Below, one piece after another: positions 17,290 to 25,234 of a stretch of DNA of 25,234 nt (position 1 is its first letter; the number at the start of each line of letters is the position of its first letter). Origin of the DNA: an uncultured Pirellulales bacterium (GTDB lineage Bacteria; Planctomycetota; Phycisphaerae; Sedimentisphaerales; Anaerobacaceae); the NCBI GenBank assembly GCA_964571885.1, contig CAZNET010000002.1, forward strand, positions 1 through 25,234. Direction: 5' to 3'. Under the pieces are notes generated by a model that saw nothing but the letters and a program-made list of their open reading frames with translations, ran no database searches and was not told where the DNA came from. The position numbers were made by a program, and so were the translations under genes.

Positions 17290-19434
17290 TCATTTTTCTT
17301 CGCGTGCACCGTGCTCAGCGTTTTGATCCCAAGGGGATATTTGCCTCAAATGTTTGTTTGCACTTAAAAACCGATAGCAGTCAGGCATATCAAAGAATTT
17401 AAGTATTTCAGGAACAAAGCATGACAGCGGCCAATTATAAGTTTGCGCTTCAGCAATATCGGAAAAAGACGTTAAGGCATTTATCAAGGTCACTTTATCA
17501 ATTTGTTCATTAAGAACCGCTGCGAAAGCAGCCGGTATGGTACCCCAGCCTTTAGCGACCAGATGAATGTCTTCGTGACCTGCAGATTTCAACCAGTCAA
17601 GAACTCTGATTATATCGTAAGTTTTCTGGCCCACATACGGCCTGTTGAGCATAATTGAATGTATGGCGTAAAAATAGTCACTGCCGTAATAATCCAAGAA
17701 AGAATCTTGATTACATGTGTCGGGCCGGGATTCTCCAATACCCCGTACATCGCATGTATAAAAAGGTACATTGGGGTTTTGGGCTATCAGATTTTCCAAC
17801 ACAGGTTCATTGCGCAGTTCGGCGTCGCTGGAATGGTGCGAGATATAAAGGATGGCTTTTTTACCTGTTCGGGGTGGACGACAGTTTAAATAGTCATCAG
17901 ATAAGCGGTAAACCACGGCTTGTATCCCGGGTTCGGTGCTTATTAAATATGTGGCAGCATAGGGTTTCGGATATTTCCGCCCTCTTCTGTTTCTGAGTAT
18001 GCGGTATTCGGGGACAGGATTTTCTTTGCGATATTTCTCGTAATGATCCAGGCTTAACAAACTTCGGATATATTTTTTAAGCTCCTTTTGAGATAAATTT
18101 TTTTGACGTTCCCGCGCAAGCATTTTTGATTTTTCTCTGGTAAACTCATATATCGGTTTTGAATCTAACGTACACACTTGTCCCTTCGGTGCACACCATA
18201 AGGTTTTTTCCTTTTCGAGTTGTAATGCTGGTTCTTCACGGGCATTGGAAATTCCAGTGTGCGTATTGAACCATTTGTACATTGCTTCACGGTTATCTTT
18301 TGAGTATCCGTGAGTGCCCGAACCAATGAAAAGATCAACGTTGGTTTGCGCATTCAATAACCAGTACAATTTATTAAGTTCCTGATAAGCATTGATCGTC
18401 CCTCTTACATCGAAGAAATCTTTTTCTTTAGCCAATAGACGGACTGGCTTTGGGGCAAATGCTGCCAAAAAGTCGGCTTGTTCCAGACCAAAAGCCAAAG
18501 CACCGGCGGGACATTGTTCTGTATCGGCGGCAAGTTCATTTTCTAAATTTCTCAAGAAAGTGGTAACAAAACAGGATGGTGCCGACATTTGAAATCGTCG
18601 CTCGACACCGCAAAGCCACGTCGTGATAGTGCCGCCGCCGGAGTTTCCGGTTACTCCCACGCGGTCAGGGTCAACTTCTTGTCTTGTAAGGAGGTAATCT
18701 AATGCCCGGATGCCGTCCCAAACCATCCAACTGGCAAAAGACTCTCCCACGAGGAATTGCTGGTTCCCCGCATGCATATGTTCCGCGACAGGGGGTCCAA
18801 CTTTTGAATTTAAATGTTCGTCAGGGTATTGTAAGCGTTCGCCCTGGCCTGCCGGATCAAAAATAAGTACTGCATAACCCAGCTTTGCCAGCCCCTGTGC
18901 GTATGACTGATACGGTTTAGAGGCTTTGGCCTTAGTCGCATGACCGCACGTACCAATTACACCGGGAAGTGGAAATTTTTTGTTTTTAGGTATATATAAA
19001 TTAGCGGTAACAAGAAATTGCGGTCTGCTCTCAAAAATAATCTTTTCAATTTTATAATCACTTCGTTCTATTGTGGCGATTGTACGAGCGTTCAAAGGTG
19101 TCTTATCCGGCCAGGGTCCCAAACAATTCTGAATTTTTTGTCGCACATCCTCTATATAAATCAGAGCATCTTCCTGGCTTGTAAGAGAATCGATGCGTTG
19201 ATCTCTTTCGTGAGAGATTTGTCTTACCTGATTGACAAAATACTCCTGAACCATCCGCGGAAACCGATTCAAAGGCTCCAGGTTTTCATCGGCGGCAGAA
19301 GCGCAACCTGTATCCCGACAGGGTATAAAGAACAAAAGAAGGATTAATGTTAAAAAGCCGGTAATGCCTTTTTTGTGATGATTCTGGAAATGATTAGTCA
19401 GGACGATTGTCGGAGAAGATGAGATTTTTTCCAT
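17290..19434 (-). CDS. Secreted two-domain alpha/beta-hydrolase (acetylxylan-esterase-like)
   Basis: Start re-called to ATG 19434 behind AGGAGG (8-nt spacing). Signal-like segment, then FESRP, GTCGH, GQGER, DGIRALDYL and the nucleophile elbow GNSGGG; a second alpha/beta domain with DVRGIGES and AKGWG. 714 aa. Confidence 0.85.
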   Translation of the reverse strand: MEKISSSPTIVLTNHFQNHHKKGITGFLTLILLLFFIPCRDTGCASAADENLEPLNRFPRMVQEYFVNQVRQISHERDQRIDSLTSQEDALIYIEDVRQKIQNCLGPWPDKTPLNARTIATIERSDYKIEKIIFESRPQFLVTANLYIPKNKKFPLPGVIGTCGHATKAKASKPYQSYAQGLAKLGYAVLIFDPAGQGERLQYPDEHLNSKVGPPVAEHMHAGNQQFLVGESFASWMVWDGIRALDYLLTRQEVDPDRVGVTGNSGGGTITTWLCGVERRFQMSAPSCFVTTFLRNLENELAADTEQCPAGALAFGLEQADFLAAFAPKPVRLLAKEKDFFDVRGTINAYQELNKLYWLLNAQTNVDLFIGSGTHGYSKDNREAMYKWFNTHTGISNAREEPALQLEKEKTLWCAPKGQVCTLDSKPIYEFTREKSKMLARERQKNLSQKELKKYIRSLLSLDHYEKYRKENPVPEYRILRNRRGRKYPKPYAATYLISTEPGIQAVVYRLSDDYLNCRPPRTGKKAILYISHHSSDAELRNEPVLENLIAQNPNVPFYTCDVRGIGESRPDTCNQDSFLDYYGSDYFYAIHSIMLNRPYVGQKTYDIIRVLDWLKSAGHEDIHLVAKGWGTIPAAFAAVLNEQIDKVTLINALTSFSDIAEAQTYNWPLSCFVPEILKFFDMPDCYRFLSANKHLRQISPWDQNAEHGAREEK

Positions 19435-19618
19435 TATCAAAACCTCCTAAAAACCACAATTTGTTTCCCGTCAGATATTAGATTGGTTGATTTTTCAATG
19501 AAATCAGCACAATAAATCAAAACATGGGTTTCATATTTTACTTGTTTATATCATAAAAAAGAGCTTGTGAAATTAAAATTTCCGATATTTTCCCCTTTCC
19601 CTTTTTACCTTACCTATT

Positions 19619-19647
19619 TGTTCGTTCTTTTTCGTCTTTGTCTGTTT
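19619..19647. promoter_or_regulatory. Putative DeoR-family operator, copy 2
   Basis: TGTTCGTTCTTTTTCGTCTTTGTCTGTTT; same orientation as copy 1, about 185 bp upstream of the hydrolase start. Confidence 0.5.
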
Positions 19648-19959
19648 CGGATACCGACAATAGTATAAAAATACCGAAAACGGATTTTCAAAATAAGGCT
19701 CAAAATACACCGAAAGCCTGTTTTATCGATTTGAATTTGTCTCGGATTTCAAGTTTCGAAATTCGTGCTTTTGAAAAAGTTTAGTTTTTCCACTGTTCAC
19801 CTGTTCAGCTTTTTCCCCTGCTCTCTCTGCCAGCCCGAGAGGCTACTGCGGCGGACGAGGCGGCTCGATGCACATCGCCGACGTCCAGAAAAACTACCCA
19901 AATCAAACCACAAATCAACGAACATCTTTAATTTTCCCTTAAAAGGTAAAAATGCATCT

Positions 19960-21765
19960 TCATACTTTTGTAACATGAACAGCTTTTACATCCATCATTT
20001 GTTTGCCGGGTTTTTTTATGGCTCTGAGGATTAGTTTTGTTTTGCCGGGCTGTAGTCTTAAAGTTCCGACTTTCAGATTGGCCCATGTTTTTTCATAAAC
20101 TTCTCCGCGTTTGACTCTGTCCGGACTGTATAAGGGCCTGGGGTCATGTGCTTGAGTAATAATACCATCTTTCGTTTGATCATTGATTTCCACTCTGAAT
20201 TTTGCACCTAAATTCTCATTGCTGCATGCATACATAATGCTGATATTAAAGAAACCCTGATGAATTACTTTGACGTTCCACCAGGGATATGCATGTATAT
20301 CGGTCCAGTTTGTAATCCAATCGTTTGCCCAGCCTGCGTTTCCCTTATAGGAAATTCCGGAGCCGTTCGTTTTTTCAAGATAGGCTTCATGGGCCGGCAG
20401 TATGACCCTTGGCCATTGGTTGTATCCGATATGTATGGGCAGGTCAAAACCGTTTTTGGTTGCTTCTTTACTAACTTTTTCATATTCGTCTTTCAACTCT
20501 TCGAGCAGTTCCGGAAAATTTTTTGCCACATTCCTTTTCTGGCCCGGATCAGATTTCATATCGTAAAGCTCCCAGTTTTGTCCCTTTTTACCACCACGTA
20601 CGGCCCGCCATCTCTGGGTACGTACCGAGCCGGGAACGACCCGGTCGTCATTGCGCGAAAACTTGAATGTGTATATTCTGCGGTCCTGCCAATTCTCGGT
20701 AGTGTCCTGAATCAGGGGTAATAAATTTTTCCCATCTAACGGCAGCGTTTGGTATTTTGTTATCTCACACATAGCTGTGAGTGTGGGTAATATATCGACA
20801 TGCGATGCGATTTTTTCGACCTTTTTGCCGGGAGATATTCTACCCGGCCAGCGCATGAACATAGGCACCCGAACACCGCCTTCATGAACACTTCCCTTCT
20901 TGCCTTTCATACCGCCGTTGTAGCGGTAAAACTGTGGGCCGTTATCGGTTAAAAATATCACGATGGTAGAGTCGTCTAACTCATTCAGTTTCATTAATAA
21001 TCGTGAAAGGTTATCGTCAAGATTTTCACACATGGCGTAAACACAGGCGAGATCGTCAGCCAGTCCCTTTGCCTTATACTTAGTAAAGTACCTGTCAGGT
21101 ACCTGATACGGTCCATGGGGGGCGTTATAAGGGATATAGCAGAAAAACGGTTTTGTTTTATTTTTTTCAATGAATTTTATCGCATGATCGGTAAGCACAT
21201 CACTGATATAACCTTTGGATTGAAAGAATTCGCCGTTTCTTTCCAGTCTCGCATCGAAATAATTGTTTAAGTGCCCTCTGCAAAATCCAACGAATTCGTC
21301 AAATCCTTGTGCATTAGGGTGATAAGGCCAGTTCGAACCGTTGTGCCATTTTCCGAAACAGCCAGTGACATAATCATGTTCTTTGAGGATTTCGGCAATT
21401 GTGACTTCTTCGGTTCTCATATTTTCCCAACCTCTTGTCACGCCGTTTGTGCCGGTTCGCAGATGATACCTGCCGGTCAGCAAAGAGGCTCTGGTGGGAG
21501 CACAGACCGGGCTGACAAAAAACAGCTCAAAACGCACTCCCTCATTTGCCAGCTTATCCATCGTTGGTGTTTCTATAACCGGGTTACCATGAGAACAAAT
21601 ATCCCCCCACCCCTGATCGTCGGTCAGTATCATCAATATGTTGGGTCTTTTATTCGGCTGGGTTGCTTGTGCTGTATTCCTAAAGACATTGCCTGTCGCA
21701 ATACCCGCAGTGGTCATAGCAGCAAGTCTCATAAACTGCCGTCGTGTCTGATGTAACCTATCCAT
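19960..21765 (-). CDS. Formylglycine-dependent (S1) sulfatase, Cys-type, with twin-arginine-like leader and C-terminal beta-sandwich extension
   Basis: TRRQFMRLAA leader, PNILMILTDDQG, signature SPVCAPTRASLLTGRY (CxPxR), GKWH, YNAPHGP, TDNG and KGSVHEGGVRVP motifs. Confidence 0.94.
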   Translation of the reverse strand: MDRLHQTRRQFMRLAAMTTAGIATGNVFRNTAQATQPNKRPNILMILTDDQGWGDICSHGNPVIETPTMDKLANEGVRFELFFVSPVCAPTRASLLTGRYHLRTGTNGVTRGWENMRTEEVTIAEILKEHDYVTGCFGKWHNGSNWPYHPNAQGFDEFVGFCRGHLNNYFDARLERNGEFFQSKGYISDVLTDHAIKFIEKNKTKPFFCYIPYNAPHGPYQVPDRYFTKYKAKGLADDLACVYAMCENLDDNLSRLLMKLNELDDSTIVIFLTDNGPQFYRYNGGMKGKKGSVHEGGVRVPMFMRWPGRISPGKKVEKIASHVDILPTLTAMCEITKYQTLPLDGKNLLPLIQDTTENWQDRRIYTFKFSRNDDRVVPGSVRTQRWRAVRGGKKGQNWELYDMKSDPGQKRNVAKNFPELLEELKDEYEKVSKEATKNGFDLPIHIGYNQWPRVILPAHEAYLEKTNGSGISYKGNAGWANDWITNWTDIHAYPWWNVKVIHQGFFNISIMYACSNENLGAKFRVEINDQTKDGIITQAHDPRPLYSPDRVKRGEVYEKTWANLKVGTLRLQPGKTKLILRAIKKPGKQMMDVKAVHVTKV

Positions 21766-21896
21766 TTGACAATATACCCGTATAATATCATGCTGTTGCT
21801 CAAGTTCCTGTTTGAGTTTCTTGATGATAGAATGTTATATATCTTTGGGATAATCAAGGAATTTAAAGGGGAATTTTAAAGGTGTTCCATAAATAC

Positions 21897-21940
21897 GTAA
21901 ACAGGCACGTTTACCTATGAAAAACCGTTTACCTGTTTAC
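21897..21940. repeat. Cluster of four GTTTAC/GTAAAC hexamers upstream of the sulfatase
   Basis: GTAAAC 21897-21902, GTTTAC 21909-21914, 21927-21932 and 21935-21940. Confidence 0.5.
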
Positions 21941-22040
21941 TTTTTCTTTTAGAATTATAAATATGTAGGAAATACCAAATAGGAGGCGTTGGGACTTTTT
22001 CAACAGCCCTAACGTCTATTACGTTCCCACTTTCACGCAC

Positions 22041-23420
22041 CTATTTTCCTTTTTCCTTTTTGGTTTTGTTTGTTTTGCCTTTTTCTTTTTTAGTCTTCGC
22101 TTTTTCGGTGATCTCCGACTTCGGTGAGTCTGGGCGGGGCGTGTCCTCAGCCTGGCCCGGTGCGCTTGCGTCGCGATCTTGTTTATCGGAGACGGCTTCT
22201 TTTTGCTCGCTGACAGCCGCCGTTGATTTTTCGTTTTCTTTGACTTTCTCTGTATCTTCTGTGCTTTCGGCGGCTTTTTTATTCAGCATCTCGACCGCGA
22301 TCTCGGCGGTGTTCTGCGAGGCGTTTTTCTTTAACGGTTCGGTCAGCCTGACCAGCTCGGCGCTGGTCTCCATGAGCTTGTCCCTGTCGCGCAGCAGGGC
22401 ATCGACAGCCTTAAAGATCGGCTCGGTCGAACGAAAGTAAGGCATGAACTCCGGCACCAGCTCTTTCTGTGCGAGAATATTGACCAGTGACAGAAATTTT
22501 GTCCGGATCAGCCACGACCCCACCAGCTTCCAGAGCAGCGGACTCGACTTGTACATGATCGCCATCGGCGATCCGCACGCCGCGACCTGCAGCGTCGCAC
22601 TGCCGCTAGCAACGAGCGTAAAGTCGCTGTCTTTGACCGTCTCGATAACCGAACCCGACCGGAAATCGTCGCACTTGAACCCCAGGATCTGGCGGTTTTT
22701 CAGGATCTGTTTGGTCTTTTCATCCACCGCCACCGCCGTGAACCGCGAACATGGAAACCTGAACTTGATCTGCTTGGCGACTCGCTGCATCGGCTTCCAC
22801 AGACTGTCGATCTCCGCCTTGCGCGAGCCCGGCAGTATCGCCACCTTCGCGTATTTCGGGTCGAAATTTTCATACTGTTTCCGGTTCTTCGGGACGTCTT
22901 CAATATCGTCGAGCAGCGGATTGCCCACAAAGGTGACATCAATCTGTCTCTCGGAAAACCATTTTTCCTCGAACGGCAGAATACAGCAGAGCTTGTCACA
23001 GGTTCGCCGAAGTTTTTTGATCCGCCACGGCGCCCAGGCCCAAAGCTGCGGCGCGACATAAAAGATGGTTTTGATAGTGTACTTTTTCGCGGCCTTGGCG
23101 ACATGAAAATTGAACGCCGGCGAATCGCACACAATGACCAGGTCGGGCTTTTGTTTTTTGAGATAATCCCTGATCCTGTAAACGAGTTTGACAAACCGGC
23201 CCACATGCGCCAGCGCATTATAGATCATCGACGCGCGGTCGGCGGTCACCTCGATCAGCTCGCAGCCCGCCGCGGCCATTTTCGGACCGCCCACACCGAC
23301 AAACGCGATATCCGGTTTTTTTGCCTTGATCGATTCGATCAGCTTCGCGCAGTGCATATCCGCGCTGGGCTCAGCCGCACTGAGAAAGATTTTCATTTTT
23401 TTGTTTTCATTTGGCATCAT
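22041..23420 (-). CDS. lpxB: Lipid-A-disaccharide synthase with a charged C-terminal extension
   Basis: SAAEPSADMH (variant of AGExSGD), GVGGPKM, DSPAFN, YVAPQLWAW, FVGNPL, ILPGSR, ASGSATL, LVNIL and PEF motifs; AGGAG RBS. Confidence 0.92.
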   Translation of the reverse strand: MMPNENKKMKIFLSAAEPSADMHCAKLIESIKAKKPDIAFVGVGGPKMAAAGCELIEVTADRASMIYNALAHVGRFVKLVYRIRDYLKKQKPDLVIVCDSPAFNFHVAKAAKKYTIKTIFYVAPQLWAWAPWRIKKLRRTCDKLCCILPFEEKWFSERQIDVTFVGNPLLDDIEDVPKNRKQYENFDPKYAKVAILPGSRKAEIDSLWKPMQRVAKQIKFRFPCSRFTAVAVDEKTKQILKNRQILGFKCDDFRSGSVIETVKDSDFTLVASGSATLQVAACGSPMAIMYKSSPLLWKLVGSWLIRTKFLSLVNILAQKELVPEFMPYFRSTEPIFKAVDALLRDRDKLMETSAELVRLTEPLKKNASQNTAEIAVEMLNKKAAESTEDTEKVKENEKSTAAVSEQKEAVSDKQDRDASAPGQAEDTPRPDSPKSEITEKAKTKKEKGKTNKTKKEKGK

Positions 23421-23506
23421 ATCTCCTATAGTAGTCAGATATTTGGAAAGAGCAATAACAATATTGCGAACTCGATAATCACTGAAGGAAATGTGGGTCC
23501 GTTGTT

Positions 23507-24466
23507 ATGAAGGCAATTATTGTCAGAGCGTTCGGAGAACCCGAGGTCATGCACCTCGAAGCGGTTCCGGAACCCGCGATCGATGAGAATCAGGTCCTTG
23601 TTTCGGTCAGGGCCGCAGGGGTCAATCCCGTCGATACCTATATCCGAGCCGGTCAATACCCGATCGGCGAGATCCCTTACACGCCCGGCATGGACGCGGC
23701 CGGTGTGATCGAAAAAGTCGGCACCCGTGTCGAAAAAGTCAAACCCGGCGACCGCGTCTATACCGCCGGGACCATCAGCGGTACCTACGCCCAAAAGGCC
23801 CTTTTCTGGGAAAAACAAGTCCATCTGCTGCCGGACGAAATGTCCTTCGAACAAGGCGCCGCGCTCGGTGTCCCTTATGTCACCGCTCACGCCGCGCTGT
23901 TTTATAAAGCAAAGGCCGAAAAAAACGATACCGTCCTCATCCACGGCGCCACCGGCGGCGTTGGTATCGCGGCCGTTCAACTGGCCAAATCGAAAGGCTT
24001 AACCGTTCTCGGCACCGCGGGCACCGATAAGGGAAAAGAACTCGTCAGGGCCCAGGGCGCCGACCATGTCTTCGATCATCATGACGAAAAACGCTTTGAC
24101 GAGATCATGAAAGTAACACAGGGAAAAGGTGTGAAGGTCATCCTGGAAATGCTCGCCAACGCTAACCTCGACAGCGACCTCGATGTGGCCGCTCAAAACG
24201 GAACGGTCGTCGTCATCGGCAGCAGGGGTACCGTCGAGATCGACCCCAGAAAAGCCATGACCAAACAATCCTCCATCGCGGGAATGCTGGTCCTGAAGAT
24301 CCCGGAAAACGAACTCGAAATAATTCACGCGTCACTGCAGGAACTGATGCGCAACAGAAAAATTAATCCGGTTATCCAGCAAGCGTTCCCTCTGGCGGAA
24401 GCCGTCGAGGCTCATCATAAAATAATGGAATCAGGCCATCTCGGCAAAATCGTGTTGACGATTTAA
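23507..24466 (+). CDS. NADPH:quinone oxidoreductase (zeta-crystallin/MDR family)
   Basis: AAGVNPVDTYIRAG, PGMDAAG, GDRV, LIHGATGGVGIAAVQLAK and GKIVL motifs. Confidence 0.9.
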   Translation: MKAIIVRAFGEPEVMHLEAVPEPAIDENQVLVSVRAAGVNPVDTYIRAGQYPIGEIPYTPGMDAAGVIEKVGTRVEKVKPGDRVYTAGTISGTYAQKALFWEKQVHLLPDEMSFEQGAALGVPYVTAHAALFYKAKAEKNDTVLIHGATGGVGIAAVQLAKSKGLTVLGTAGTDKGKELVRAQGADHVFDHHDEKRFDEIMKVTQGKGVKVILEMLANANLDSDLDVAAQNGTVVVIGSRGTVEIDPRKAMTKQSSIAGMLVLKIPENELEIIHASLQELMRNRKINPVIQQAFPLAEAVEAHHKIMESGHLGKIVLTI

Positions 24467-24620
24467 TACCCGCCTTCACATAGACAATTCTCGATAACAC
24501 GCGCATCTCATCACGCAGAAATACCACGAGATCAAAGCTGAACAGGCCCACCAGACCCCAGTTCAAACCACCGAGGACCGCAAGGGCCAGCGCTGTCTAA
24601 CTGATTGTGTTTAACCGTAT
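24460..24620 (-). pseudogene. Decayed DUF378-like small membrane protein gene
   Basis: After an AAGGAG RBS the frame reads ATA(not ATG)-RLNTIS-TAG(24597-24599)-TALALAVLGGLNWGLVGLFSFDLVVFLRDEMRVLSRIVYVKAGI, matching the DUF378 pattern (GGLNWGLVG..FDLV..F...S..SRIVYxLVG). The 3' end runs into the convergent oxidoreductase. Confidence 0.72.
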
Positions 24621-24927
24621 ATTTTGCTGCTCCTTAAAAAACGTTTTAACATTTATCTTTCTCGCTCAAAGTATTGAATTTGCGACAATCTGCACATAAG
24701 CAATTTACACAAAAAAAGGTAGAAACTATCTATTATTCGAGTTTTGTCTGAAATACCGAATTTTTACGGGTTGAACCTGCGGGATGTATCCAACCGGCTT
24801 GCACAGTCCGTCTCCGGCGGATAATCTCATTTGCGAGATCTCAGCCGTAGAATTGCGATAGAGTATGTAATGGGCGGATTTGCCGGAAATATGGCCGATA
24901 AACTCACCTTTTTAAAACTTTTTACCA

Positions 24928-24956
24928 TTGTTGACGTAGAAACAAATGAGTATAAT
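24928..24956 (+). promoter_or_regulatory. Probable ssrA promoter
   Basis: Perfect TATAAT at 24951-24956; -35 ambiguous (TTGTTG at 17 nt or TTGACG at 14 nt); about 43 nt before the tmRNA 5' end. Confidence 0.45.
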
Positions 24957-24999
24957 AAAGAGTGGCTGGGTTTTTCCCGGAAATATTGAAAAGTACATA

Positions 25000-25234
25000 G
25001 GGGGCGACTGGTATCGACCGGATGAAGGAAGGCCAGGATTGCATGCCCAGGATGTCGGTTGGCCTGGTTAATCATCCGACACACATTTAATTGGCAACTC
25101 ACAGTTGCGAATGGCTGCTTAATGAGCGGCCCGTTCTGTCAGACCTTGTCTGCGGGTCTGATATGAGCGCCGATCAGCAGACTGCTGCTGAGGGGTGTTC
25201 GCGACCGAGGCAAAAGACCAATTGCGAACTAGCG
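25000..25234 (+). ncRNA. ssrA: tmRNA, 5' portion; runs off the window end
   Basis: 5' end GGGGGCGACTGGTATCGAC fits the tmRNA acceptor/D-loop pattern. Internal tag ORF GGC AAC TCA CAG TTG CGA ATG GCT GCT TAA TGA (25093-25125) ends in Ala-Ala plus tandem stops. Confidence 0.93.

Noticed and set aside
19765-20034. ORF 19765..20034 (+) and a 42-aa minus-strand ORF at 19797..19925
   Set aside because: Both run through repeat-like sequence, one overlaps the sulfatase end, and neither has recognisable motifs.
21981-22020. Imperfect hairpin AGGCGTTGGG..CCCTAACGTCT after lpxB as an intrinsic terminator
   Set aside because: Pairing depends on G-T wobbles on the plus strand, which become mismatches in the lpxB transcript, and no clear U-tract follows.
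24597-24599. TAG recoding (alternative genetic code or pyrrolysine) in the DUF378-like frame
   Set aside because: TAG ends tpiA, yicC, coaB and the PilZ gene at expected positions, and the frame also lacks a proper start codon.
24827-25102. Minus-strand 91-aa ORF
   Set aside because: It is antisense to tmRNA and its promoter, with no coding signature.
1-25234. CRISPR array, IS element, integrase, rRNA or tRNA
   Set aside because: No regularly spaced repeats, transposase or recombinase motifs, or cloverleaf genes seen; the only tRNA-like sequence is the tmRNA 5' end.

Overview
A 25.2 kb bacterial chromosome segment. Gene content and order (omega-like rpoZ, LpxB, Tat-type sulfatase, tandem alpha/beta hydrolase) suggest a Planctomycetota, probably Phycisphaerae-like, genome; this is inference, not a database result. 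Most of the window is housekeeping: partial bioY, a TonB-dependent receptor, ogt, pheA-tpiA-secG-yicC-gmk-rpoZ-coaC-coaB, purB-pyrE, an aldo/keto reductase broken by a 1-bp deletion, an M50 site-2 protease with an unknown membrane protein, a YcgR/PilZ protein, psd-pssA, lpxB, a quinone oxidoreductase, a DUF378-like pseudogene and the 5' part of tmRNA (ssrA). Between psd and lpxB (about 16.9-22.0 kb) lies an AT-richer accessory block: a truncated DeoR HTH, a secreted two-domain hydrolase and a Tat sulfatase. The strongest non-obvious signal is a 29-bp motif (25/29 identical, 10-bp periodic, GlpR/AgaR-operator-like) found upstream of both the DeoR stub and the hydrolase. Other leads are the bioY/TBDR divergon, the S2P/unknown-protein/PilZ divergon, a leaderless psd signature, split coaBC and a 77-aa charged tail on LpxB. 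No CRISPR array, transposase, integrase, rRNA or tRNA was seen, and I cannot claim a proven novel system from the sequence alone.
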